Source: a bacterium
Lineage (GTDB): Bacteria; Patescibacteriota; Saccharimonadia; Saccharimonadales; UBA4665
NCBI GenBank assembly: GCA_021850865.1
Contig: JAJZKN010000001.1
Coordinates: 158,834-222,833 of the forward strand
Direction: 5' to 3'
Length of the DNA: 64,000 nucleotides
This document shows, one piece after another, positions 16,641-25,084 of this stretch; within the stretch, counting starts at the first letter, position 1; every line of letters begins with the position of its first letter. A program made the position numbers and the translations under genes. The notes under the pieces are model-generated. The model was not told the DNA's origin. It was given only the letters and a program-made list of their open reading frames with translations, and made no database searches.

Positions 16641-17336
16641 CTAACTGTTCAGATGATAATTGTAGATCTGGTTAATCAGCGGCTGGAGATCATCAGCCAA
16701 GCCGGCCGCTCCGTTAATCCGTTTAAGTGGACCAGGTTTAGTGCAAACGAAAACTATTCTTAGAAACTTAATGTGGATAGGGCGGTATATCCCAACTCCG
16801 TTTTGAACAAAAAAGTTCATGGCCGCCGGGTCAAAACCATACCGTTTGTTTTCACTTAAAACCGTTCCGTTGGCATCTTTAACTAAATTGGGCGTATGTC
16901 CGGAAATAGCGATCAGCCGGGCCAGATACCATAACTTAATTAAACAACTGTCTATGCTCGGATCATCAAGTCCGGCAAAAGCCTCGCCGAGCAACGAATA
17001 GTAATCGGATTCAACCACCGTATCGGTAGACTTATCGACATTTTTTAAGACCTCATAGCCCAGTTGCACCCGATCAATATCCTTAACAATATCCGGAAAA
17101 TTCCGTTCCAGCCGGCCGTAAGTCAAGGTGCACAGTTCTCCCCTGCCCTCAATGTAACCTATATCGTTGATCGTAAACAATTCGATAGCTCCAGCCAGTT
17201 TGCTCTTCATCGATCGCGCCCCCTTGGCGATCAAACTTAGCTTACCGTTATCCGGAGTTAAAACACTAATGATCCGGTCAGCTTCACCGTAATTACGTCT
17301 GTTGAGGACAATAGCTTTGGTTTTATGTAGAATCAT
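16641..17336 (-). CDS. recO: DNA repair protein RecO
   Basis: The N-terminal OB fold has AIVLNRRNYGEADRIISVLTPDNGKLSLIAKGARS. Length is typical. Confidence 0.85.
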   Translation of the reverse strand: MILHKTKAIVLNRRNYGEADRIISVLTPDNGKLSLIAKGARSMKSKLAGAIELFTINDIGYIEGRGELCTLTYGRLERNFPDIVKDIDRVQLGYEVLKNVDKSTDTVVESDYYSLLGEAFAGLDDPSIDSCLIKLWYLARLIAISGHTPNLVKDANGTVLSENKRYGFDPAAMNFFVQNGVGIYRPIHIKFLRIVFVCTKPGPLKRINGAAGLADDLQPLINQIYNYHLNS

Positions 17337-17728
17337 GCTCTTTCACTGAGAAAGTTTAGTTCACGCAGCAGCATCGACATTGTCGTTGCCGACTTATACA
17401 AATAACAACTAATCGCTAAATCCCGGCTCAAGCCCAAACCGCTGGAGGCGAATTCGATCGGCGGCACCAAGCTGAAAATAACTACCGGCACCTGGCGCCA
17501 GTCGGGATAGGAACGAAATTCATAAAGAAACTCAATACCACTATGACTAACTAATTGCAGTTCGCAAACTACCATATCCGGCCGAGCTTCATCGGCGGCA
17601 ACAAGCGCCGCCTGAGCATCATAGGCATGGCGCACATTATAGCCATTCTCGCACAAGTACCCGTTGATACTACTAGCAAAAACCCGATCTGGTTCTATTA
17701 GCAATAAATCAATTTGCCTCTTCGCCAT
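17333..17728 (-). CDS. Stand-alone receiver-domain protein with Glu at the phospho-acceptor position (atypical or pseudo-receiver)
   Basis: It has the REC fold pattern LLIEPD...PDMVVCELQLVSHSG...VVIFSL...YLYKS. The expected phospho-acceptor D in DxxxxD(L/M) reads CE. The conserved Ser and Lys are retained. Confidence 0.75.
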   Translation of the reverse strand: MAKRQIDLLLIEPDRVFASSINGYLCENGYNVRHAYDAQAALVAADEARPDMVVCELQLVSHSGIEFLYEFRSYPDWRQVPVVIFSLVPPIEFASSGLGLSRDLAISCYLYKSATTMSMLLRELNFLSERA

Positions 17729-17732
17729 AGCG

Positions 17733-18464
17733 TTAAACCAACATCATCTGTGACGACGGATGCAGTACGACTCCCAAGCCATAAAGCCGATGGTGTCTTG
17801 ACACCTGTAGTCTTAATCTCATTGCCCGAAATATCGCGTCTGCAATAAAGATGCCCGCCGCACCGGTGTGACTAACATCCACCAGCGGCTGTCGGGAATT
17901 ACCATACAATTTGCGGCCCCGGCGAAGAGTTTCATTATTAAGACCCGGTATATCGGCATAAACACCGGCAACTATACCGTAACGACAGCGGTGAGTAGCC
18001 AGCTGGACTATCGTGCGGTTGTTCGGATGTTGCTGTGTCGGCAACGCTTCAATGAACGCACTCGCTAAGCCGACAATAGCTGACTGCAGACCTTTCTTGT
18101 GTACCAACACCGGACCGAACTTACCACCAATATTAAGCTCAAGCTGAACATTGTACAGCTTAGCGTAATCTTTTAACTGCGAACTAGCATCATATAGTAT
18201 CGAGGCAACCGATGCCGTCTCCGGTGCTAGTTCCGAATTGAACTGGTGGTCTAATCTAAGACTCAAGCTGTAAGCATCAACCAGCTGCAGCGCATTAGTT
18301 GCCAGCACCCGAATCTGAGCGGCGCCATAATCGTCGTCGGTTGTTTTTCTCAATAAAGCCAGCTCAGCTTGAGAGGATATTTGTAGCAGCGGTAACTTTA
18401 TCTGCTCGGCAATCGCTAGCAACAACTGCTCTGACATTGCTAGCTGATGCGGCGGCTGCTTCAT
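17733..18464 (-). CDS. Cytoplasmic histidine-kinase-like protein lacking the phospho-accepting His and the N/G boxes (pseudokinase candidate)
   Basis: LLLAIAEQIKLPLLQISSQAEL aligns by eye to the HisKA H-box consensus FlanvSHELRTPLtaIxGxxEL, with Glu in place of His. The C-terminal half follows HATPase_c spacing, but the N box (GLASAFIEA) and G2 box (GAAGIF) are degenerate. There is no TM segment. Confidence 0.55.
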   Translation of the reverse strand: MKQPPHQLAMSEQLLLAIAEQIKLPLLQISSQAELALLRKTTDDDYGAAQIRVLATNALQLVDAYSLSLRLDHQFNSELAPETASVASILYDASSQLKDYAKLYNVQLELNIGGKFGPVLVHKKGLQSAIVGLASAFIEALPTQQHPNNRTIVQLATHRCRYGIVAGVYADIPGLNNETLRRGRKLYGNSRQPLVDVSHTGAAGIFIADAIFRAMRLRLQVSRHHRLYGLGVVLHPSSQMMLV

Positions 18465-18544
18465 AATTTTATGGCTACCCTTTCAAAAAGTTTTTCCCGA
18501 TAGCCAAAATTATACTACCCCGATCAGTACGGGTTCAATATCGG

Positions 18545-19210
18545 CTAAGGCTTAAACGTAATTTGCGGTAGTATCTGGTTCGTGAACAAACTGGTATACT
18601 GGGTAGACTCGGTCCATATTTCCAGAGTGTCTGTCCTGAGCGGCAGCATAATCAAAACGCCTTGAATGTTCTGCTGTAACTGGCCTTGAATCATCACCCC
18701 CACAACGCTAGGCACCTTATTTAAACTATAGGGGGTTATCGATAGGCCGGTACTCTGCTGCTGGTTAGTATAGTTGGCTAGTTGGGAGCTATAGCTGTTT
18801 GAGTTAATCTGCACCCTAAGAGCATAAACACTATTCTGGCCGCCAATGGCCGGTACTACACCCGGATCAAAATAGCCATCTACCGGATTACCATCACTGC
18901 CGGTAGTATCAACATAACCGCTCCAAGTCCGCGGATAATACACCGTGACGCTTCCATATTGGGCTGGCGCCGAATAAGAAATAAACGGATTCTGACTTTG
19001 AGCGGTGAACTGGCTCTGCAGTAATTGTTGCTCCTGAATTTTGGCCTGTGCTACCGCATTGTTAATCAATGACTGATCTTGATTTTTATAAGTTTCACGC
19101 CCGTTATACGCCCAAACACTGAAAATAATAGCAATAACCGCAATAACTGAGGATATTACTAGCCAAAGTCCAGAACCACTGACAAAACCACCGTTCGCCA
19201 TTTTTTTCAT
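18545..19210 (-). CDS. Hypothetical membrane-anchored extracytoplasmic protein
   Basis: It is 221 aa with an N-terminal TM (LWLVISSVIAVIAIIFSVWAY) and a Q/N/S-rich exported domain. I recognised no motif. Confidence 0.6.
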   Translation of the reverse strand: MKKMANGGFVSGSGLWLVISSVIAVIAIIFSVWAYNGRETYKNQDQSLINNAVAQAKIQEQQLLQSQFTAQSQNPFISYSAPAQYGSVTVYYPRTWSGYVDTTGSDGNPVDGYFDPGVVPAIGGQNSVYALRVQINSNSYSSQLANYTNQQQSTGLSITPYSLNKVPSVVGVMIQGQLQQNIQGVLIMLPLRTDTLEIWTESTQYTSLFTNQILPQITFKP

Positions 19211-19274
19211 ATTACGCTTATGTTAGCTCAGATTAACATTCGCCGCAATGATTTTCATTATGGCTCCAGAGAAC

Positions 19275-19898
19275 TTATTGAAATGGTACCGCCTGAAGGC
19301 TTTTGGTAATATTTTCGAACGCACTCATGGTTTGTTTCTGCAGACTAACACTGTTTTGACTGCAAAAACCGTTCGACGGAGTATACATGTAGTAATAGCT
19401 ACCGACGTGGGCAACATAAATACCCGGAGAGTTAACATTGCTACTATAAAACTGGGCGGCAGTCTGACCGGTGTTTTGTCCGACAGAATTAGTCATCTGT
19501 TGGGTTGAGCTCATGCGCTCAATGAAACCACCATAACCGCCACCGGTCTGATTAAGTCCACATGAAGGATTACTGGCATCAAGCTGTGTCGAACTGAGAT
19601 ATATTTCATTTCCGGTTGGCGGCAAATACTCCAAGGTTAGATTGCCGCTATACGGCGCCCTTACTCGCCACTGAGTAATGGTAAAGTACTTAGTCTGACC
19701 AGATGTAGCGGAGGTTGACGACACCGTACTAGGAACGGTCGTTGCCGGCGCCGTGCTGGAAACGGTCGTTTTGTGATTATCTTTATAGATAACCCAGCCT
19801 AATATAGCGAGCAACAATACGATAACTAGAACCAAAACTCCTTCAACCGCACCAAAACCTTTATTGTTAGGATTAAATCTACTCATATAATTAACCAT
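19275..19898 (-). CDS. Type IV pilin-like protein (class III signal peptide)
   Basis: The leader MSRFNPNNKG|FGAVEGVLVLVIVLLLAIL has G at -1, F at +1 and E at +5, followed by a hydrophobic helix. There are two Cys in the C-terminal part (SCGL, GFCSQ). The start may be the internal ATG at 19886. Confidence 0.6.
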   Translation of the reverse strand: MVNYMSRFNPNNKGFGAVEGVLVLVIVLLLAILGWVIYKDNHKTTVSSTAPATTVPSTVSSTSATSGQTKYFTITQWRVRAPYSGNLTLEYLPPTGNEIYLSSTQLDASNPSCGLNQTGGGYGGFIERMSSTQQMTNSVGQNTGQTAAQFYSSNVNSPGIYVAHVGSYYYMYTPSNGFCSQNSVSLQKQTMSAFENITKSLQAVPFQ

Positions 19899-20079
19899 AA
19901 GTATCTTGGGCTAAAAAGGCAAGCGGATTTTACTAACTCATTACAACGTTGTGGTCACTTTTGCTCATGGAATAGTTATATTTAGACTACCTAAGAATTC
20001 ATTGGGTGTGAGATAAAGGATAGTTGACCCTGGAGAAACGACTGCTGGAGCAGTACATTAAAAGCATTGAGCAGCCAGG

Positions 20080-20580
20080 CTAGTCTGCTGAGTTTAAATC
20101 ATATAAAAACACACCGTCCCTAACCGCTACCGGTTGACGTCCGGGAAAGTTAAATGCAAAACTGATTATCTTGCCGGTGACGCGTTCTTTGACAATTTTC
20201 TCTTCCAGTCGCGGCATTAGCTTAGGTAGCAAGAAAACATATATTGCCTCTGCCGGTGGCCAGGTTTTCCGCCAAAAATCACCGTAAATTAATGTAACCT
20301 GCTCAGAGTATCGTCTTGTCCTGATCCAGGCTAAACAAAACATTAGGGGATTAAGTTCATAACCGACGCTGTTGATGCCCTTTTTTGCCGCGGCAATTAA
20401 CAGCCGTCCGTCGCCACACCCCAACTCAATAATCGTGTCACCTTTCGATAATTCGGCTAATTTAAAAGTAGTTCTAATCTGTTTTTTTAACGTCGGTAGA
20501 TACGGAGCCCCGAACAACAGTACAAAACTGAAGCAGCCGATAACCACCAACCCGATAATCAGCAGAACCCGCCAGAACAC
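20080..20580 (-). CDS. Class I SAM-dependent methyltransferase with N-terminal TM helix
   Basis: SAM motif I is IIELGCGDGRLLIAAAKKG. It is 166 aa. Confidence 0.75.
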   Translation of the reverse strand: MFWRVLLIIGLVVIGCFSFVLLFGAPYLPTLKKQIRTTFKLAELSKGDTIIELGCGDGRLLIAAAKKGINSVGYELNPLMFCLAWIRTRRYSEQVTLIYGDFWRKTWPPAEAIYVFLLPKLMPRLEEKIVKERVTGKIISFAFNFPGRQPVAVRDGVFLYDLNSAD

Positions 20581-20786
20581 TAGAGGTCTTCCTCTAAAGC
20601 TTTCGAGATCTTAATTAATCGATTCTGGGACTTGCTGAGATAGTCTTTGAGTTGGCCAACCAGCATAACTCCCTTTTCGTACAAATCCAAAGCCTGGTCG
20701 ATCGAAGTCTCTTCGGATTGGAGTCTGGAAATGATCTCATCCAGGTCTGATCTTAACTGGCTGTAACTAACCTGTTCAGTAGCCAT
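20580..20786 (-). CDS. xseB: Exodeoxyribonuclease VII small subunit
   Basis: It is a 68-aa helical protein (LDEIISRLQSEETSIDQALDLYEKGVMLV) immediately after xseA, with a 1-nt overlap. Confidence 0.85.
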   Translation of the reverse strand: MATEQVSYSQLRSDLDEIISRLQSEETSIDQALDLYEKGVMLVGQLKDYLSKSQNRLIKISKALEEDL

Positions 20787-21907
20787 TAGCTAATCTCCTT
20801 TAATTTAGTTATAGCGGCTTCTAGTGAGACATGTGAAGTTTCAACTGCAATAATGTCATTCTTTTTAAGTCCCCGGCCGTCGCTTACCGTACCATTATGC
20901 CGAACAATCGCATAGCCCCGCCCGACAATGTTGTGGGGATTTAAGACATTTAATAATTTCAGGTCGGATTCAAGCCGATTACTTAGCATATCAATTTTAG
21001 CCTTAGCTAATGGTGTAATTGACTCAACTAAACGCTCGATTTCGCGCTCAAGTGCATTTAGTTTGCTATCGACCAGCAATCTCAGCCGATCGGGCAGTCT
21101 GCTCAGTTCGGCGCTGACATGTTTTTTATCGGGTACCAGTACTTCGGCGGCATTACTTGGTGTCGATGCTCGACGGTCCGCTGCCAGTTCCGCCAGACTG
21201 ATATCCCGCTCATGGCCAATGGCAACCAATGTTGGAATTCGGCTAGCGGCAACGGCTCTGGTTACCTGTTCATTACTGAAAACAGCCAGATCTTCCGGGC
21301 TGCCGCCGCCACGAATAATCACCAGCACATCCGGGGGTTCAACCAAAGCGGCAAAAAAACTTAGTGCTTGGATAATCTCCGCGCTCGCTGCGTCGCCCTG
21401 AACAGTAACGTCATAACAAAAGACATCCACTCCGCCCCAGCGATCTGCCAGAATTTTCGTAAAGTCAGCGTAAGCCGCCGACTGCAACGATGTTACCAGA
21501 CCGACAGAATCCGGAGGATAAGGAATTGCTCTTTTGCGTTCCGGTACGAAAAGTCCTTCTTTCTCTAGCTGCAAGCGCAATAAATCCTGTTGCCGTTTAA
21601 TTGATCCGGCGCCTACCGGCGTGATACTAATAACGTTAATGCTGAAGCCATACTGAGGATGCAGGCGTGGCGTGCCTCTGACTTTTAGTATCATACCCTC
21701 CTCCAGCGGTCCGGACATAACTCGTACCGAGCCAAAAAATCGGAGCTTGGCCGCATCATCCTTAAGATCAAAATACAGCCAACGATTCTTACTGACGGAG
21801 AAGTTAGCCAGCTCACCGTAAATTACAGCTGTATTGTAGGCGTATTCCAGCGTCTGGTTAAGCACGGCGACAAACTCACTGACAGAAAACTCTAAGATCG
21901 GCTTCAT
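20786..21907 (-). CDS. xseA: Exodeoxyribonuclease VII large subunit
   Basis: It has an N-terminal OB fold, a catalytic core (VIIRGGGSPEDLAVFSNE, AIGHERD) and a C-terminal coiled coil. Confidence 0.9.
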   Translation of the reverse strand: MKPILEFSVSEFVAVLNQTLEYAYNTAVIYGELANFSVSKNRWLYFDLKDDAAKLRFFGSVRVMSGPLEEGMILKVRGTPRLHPQYGFSINVISITPVGAGSIKRQQDLLRLQLEKEGLFVPERKRAIPYPPDSVGLVTSLQSAAYADFTKILADRWGGVDVFCYDVTVQGDAASAEIIQALSFFAALVEPPDVLVIIRGGGSPEDLAVFSNEQVTRAVAASRIPTLVAIGHERDISLAELAADRRASTPSNAAEVLVPDKKHVSAELSRLPDRLRLLVDSKLNALEREIERLVESITPLAKAKIDMLSNRLESDLKLLNVLNPHNIVGRGYAIVRHNGTVSDGRGLKKNDIIAVETSHVSLEAAITKLKEIS

Positions 21908-22992
21908 GACGGCGTTAATTTGTTAGCTTGCGACTTGTGGTTACCTTGCTTGGAGATATTTTTTTGGTATAAATAATAACCGGGGGATATCTGGAGAAGC
22001 GTGTTTAATACTCTATACATAATAATTACCGGCAATGCGAAAGTTGCAGAAACACCGGTCGCCAGCAATACCGCAGTCATCAGCGCCTCATAGATACCAA
22101 TCCCACCCGGCAAGATGGAAATCATTCCAGCAAAGTTAGCTATGCCATAGGCTAAAATTACCGCACCCAGGTTAACTACATGTCCAAAGGCCAAAAAGAC
22201 CACATAAACTACCGCCACTTCGGTTAAATTACAGAGTAGTGCGTATAGGAGCGGCGGCAATATTTCGTTGCCGCTCTTTTTTATCTGGGTGTAGCTGTAA
22301 TGAAAATCTTCAAAAACCCGTTTGGCTCTTTGAATATCTATTGCGTCAGCCGACTCGACTGGCCGAAAACGACGAATAAGCTTGTTCAGGCTCTTTGTTA
22401 CATACTCCAAAAAAGTATTTATTCTTTCCCTTTTACCAACAATATAGGCGAACAATACCGAACCAACCAGTAGCATCGTCGACATAACGCCGGCCACCAG
22501 AATCGTAAAGTCATTCACTCGGTTACCGACCGCCAGAAAAAAGACGCTCATAATGATCAATATTTCAAACGATATAAACGTCAGGGCCAGTTTCATTATC
22601 TGGATAAGCGTCGCCCGGCCACCGGTTATTTCGTCATTCTTAATACGAAAACCGAAGTAGGATAGCCCGGCGGCACCGCCGCTCGGAAAAACATGATTTA
22701 CGAAATTGAGTTCAAGCGATGCTAAAAATAAATATCTATAGGAAAGTTTATTGCCAACAATCTTAAACAGGCGCTGGTACAGTCTGGCCTGGGAGTGGTA
22801 GTTCAGTAATTCCAGCGGCACCATCAATACCAAGAACCAGGCGTTTACCTTAGTTAAATTGCGGAAGGTGGTCACCAAGTCGTGCCGGATAATATAAAGT
22901 GCGATAATAACGGCAATAAGAGTGGTTAGATTAAGCAGCAACTTCCAGCGCTTTATAACAAAGCCGGTAATTTTACCCATAACTTTGATCAA
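21904..22992 (-). CDS. Polytopic membrane protein, flippase-like / UPF0104 (LPG-synthase TM region) family candidate
   Basis: It is 362 aa with about 8 TM segments. The overall pattern resembles the lysylphosphatidylglycerol-synthase TM-region family. This is a weak by-eye assignment. Confidence 0.6.
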   Translation of the reverse strand: MIKVMGKITGFVIKRWKLLLNLTTLIAVIIALYIIRHDLVTTFRNLTKVNAWFLVLMVPLELLNYHSQARLYQRLFKIVGNKLSYRYLFLASLELNFVNHVFPSGGAAGLSYFGFRIKNDEITGGRATLIQIMKLALTFISFEILIIMSVFFLAVGNRVNDFTILVAGVMSTMLLVGSVLFAYIVGKRERINTFLEYVTKSLNKLIRRFRPVESADAIDIQRAKRVFEDFHYSYTQIKKSGNEILPPLLYALLCNLTEVAVVYVVFLAFGHVVNLGAVILAYGIANFAGMISILPGGIGIYEALMTAVLLATGVSATFALPVIIMYRVLNTLLQISPGYYLYQKNISKQGNHKSQANKLTPS

Positions 22993-23099
22993 TTATAACT
23001 TGAGATCCAGCTGTATCCTAATATTGACAGCTTGCCTTAAGTCAAGCTAATCAGTTCATTGATGTTAGGTATTACTAAATCCGCTATTATAAATAGAAC

Positions 23100-24359
23100 A
23101 TGCAAAGTTTATTAATCTTAGGCCGACAACCCCATATCGGGTTAGCCGAGCTCGAGAGTCTTTATGGGGCTACGAAAATTATTCCCTTAAGTCATGGCGG
23201 CGCATTGGTTGATGTAGACCCCTGCCTGCTGGCTTTTGACCGCTTGGGTGGCTCAATCAAGTTTTGTAAGGTATTGGCTAAGTTAGATTATGCCGGCTGG
23301 GACAAAATCGAGGACTATCTGATTAACCAAAGCCCCTTGCACGCCACGGCTATGCCCGAAGGTAAAATGTATCTGGGGGTCAGTGCATACAATTTCGACA
23401 TCAACCCGAAAACAGTCTTCAAAACGGCGGTTAAAATCAAACAGGCGATTCGGGCCAAAACTGGACGAGGCGTTCGGGTAATACCCAATGTATCACTTGA
23501 TTTGAGCAGCGCCCAGGTAATTCATAACCGGTTAACTCTGACTAATGGCTGGGAGCTGGTCATCTTTAAAGACAAGCAGAGCACAATCATTGCTCAGACC
23601 GTTAAGGTCCAAAATATCACCGCCTATGCCCGCCGCGACCAGGCCAGACCCTTCCGCGACAGCAAAATCGGCATGTTGCCGCCGAAACTGGCGCAAATTA
23701 TTATTAATCTGGCGAGCGGACCACTGCCGCCGGAAGCCGCTTTATCAGTGTGCGATATACCGCCCGACCAATCAATTCCCAAAAATTATTTTGTCGGATC
23801 ACTGCTACTTGATCCCTTTTGCGGTAGCGGGGTAATTATCCAAGAAGCTATGATCATGGGATACAACTGCTTGGGGTCAGATATTAACCCGAGAATGATT
23901 GACTACACCAAGCGTAATATCGACTGGCTCAGGAATCAGCCCAAGTCACCGTTGCCACCAGCCGCGACTCTTCAGCTGGAAGTAGCTGACGCCACAAACC
24001 ACAACTGGGAAGGACGGCTATCGATGATAGCTAGTGAAACTTATCTGGGTAGGCCGCTTAGCAAGGCCCCGGTCCAGTCGTCAGATATTCGACAGCAGAT
24101 CGAGGAATGTAACCGGATCGTTAAACAATTTCTGGAAAATCTGGCGCCACAGATTAATTCGAAAACCCGGTTATGTATAGGTGTTCCCTCTTGGCAATTA
24201 GCCGATGGTTCATTTTACCACCTACCCGTTCTTGACTCCTTGGAGACGATTGGCTATAATCGGTTGAGTTTTCAGCATTCGGGAGCGGACGATCAGTTAA
24301 TTTATTTTCGCAAGAATCAAATCGTCGCCAGAGAGCTATTAGTATTAATCAGGAAATAA
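23100..24359 (+). CDS. Putative RNA/DNA N-methyltransferase (UPF0020/Trm11-like SAM-dependent)
   Basis: SAM motif I is LLDPFCGSGVIIQEAMIMGYNCLGSDINPRM. An N-terminal substrate-binding-like domain is present. It is 419 aa. Confidence 0.7.
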   Translation: MQSLLILGRQPHIGLAELESLYGATKIIPLSHGGALVDVDPCLLAFDRLGGSIKFCKVLAKLDYAGWDKIEDYLINQSPLHATAMPEGKMYLGVSAYNFDINPKTVFKTAVKIKQAIRAKTGRGVRVIPNVSLDLSSAQVIHNRLTLTNGWELVIFKDKQSTIIAQTVKVQNITAYARRDQARPFRDSKIGMLPPKLAQIIINLASGPLPPEAALSVCDIPPDQSIPKNYFVGSLLLDPFCGSGVIIQEAMIMGYNCLGSDINPRMIDYTKRNIDWLRNQPKSPLPPAATLQLEVADATNHNWEGRLSMIASETYLGRPLSKAPVQSSDIRQQIEECNRIVKQFLENLAPQINSKTRLCIGVPSWQLADGSFYHLPVLDSLETIGYNRLSFQHSGADDQLIYFRKNQIVARELLVLIRK

Positions 24360-24363
24360 CTAG

Positions 24364-24636
24364 ATGTCACATGTCAAAGCCGGCGGCACCGCCAAAAACG
24401 TTCACGACTCTCCCGGTCAAAGATTGGGAGTAAAACTGTATGGCGGGCAAAAAGTTAAGATTGGCCAAGTGATTGTCCGGCAAGTCGGCATGACCAAAAG
24501 ACCCGGCGATGGCACTTTTATGTCGCGCAACTTCACTATCCACGCCGCCCGAGACGGAATCGTTGTCTTCAAGCAGCGAAAAGTCCGGCTTTTTTCCGGA
24601 AAATCTGTCCGACGAACCGAAGTGTCCGTTAGTTAA
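24364..24636 (+). CDS. rpmA: 50S ribosomal protein L27
   Basis: MSHVKAGGTAKNVHDSPGQRLGVKLYGGQKV matches the L27 N-terminus. It is 90 aa with no Prp-type propeptide. Confidence 0.93.
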   Translation: MSHVKAGGTAKNVHDSPGQRLGVKLYGGQKVKIGQVIVRQVGMTKRPGDGTFMSRNFTIHAARDGIVVFKQRKVRLFSGKSVRRTEVSVS

Positions 24637-24655
24637 TTAAATTAGCTTTTCTTAA

Positions 24656-25060
24656 TTAGTTGTCAGAATCTAGGTGATATCTGATTCTTTCGATAACATC
24701 CGCAATTACAACCTGAGATTTTACCAGATAATCGTTAACCCCAAGACTTGCGGCACGCTGCTTATCACTATCCTGACTCAAAGCGGTCAGCATGATAATT
24801 TTCAAGCCGGCAGTCTCGGGAGTATTTCTTAAAATGTCTAGAACATCAAAGCCGCTGACTTTCGGCATCATGACATCAAGCAAAACTAAATCCGGACGAT
24901 AGGCTAACGCGGCAGCCAGGGCATCCTCGCCGTTGACTACCCGGCGAACATCAAAACCCTCGGCCTGTAAGCGGGTAACGTAAACATTGGCCAGGGCATC
25001 ATCATCTTCAACCAGCAGAATTCTTTTTTGGTCGCGACGTGATCCAGCAGTATCTACCAT
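24656..25060 (-). CDS. Single-domain response regulator (CheY-like, canonical)
   Basis: It has ILLVEDDD, PDLVLLDVMMPKVSG, IIMLTA and YLVKS, so all phospho-relay residues are present. Confidence 0.88.
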   Translation of the reverse strand: MVDTAGSRRDQKRILLVEDDDALANVYVTRLQAEGFDVRRVVNGEDALAAALAYRPDLVLLDVMMPKVSGFDVLDILRNTPETAGLKIIMLTALSQDSDKQRAASLGVNDYLVKSQVVIADVIERIRYHLDSDN

Positions 25061-25084
25061 ACTGCTTAAGCTACATTATTTAGC

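Noticed and set aside
20928-21401. Long antisense ORFs inside known genes. These are 20928-21401 (157 aa) in xseA, 28226-28639 (137 aa) in the CHAP gene, 40775-41170 (131 aa) across HAD/ABC, 10464-10772, 44595-44903 and 34677-34976.
   Set aside because: Their low-complexity Ser/Arg/Pro/Leu-rich translations are typical of the reverse frame of real genes. They have no independent start or SD signals, and each fully overlaps a strongly supported CDS.
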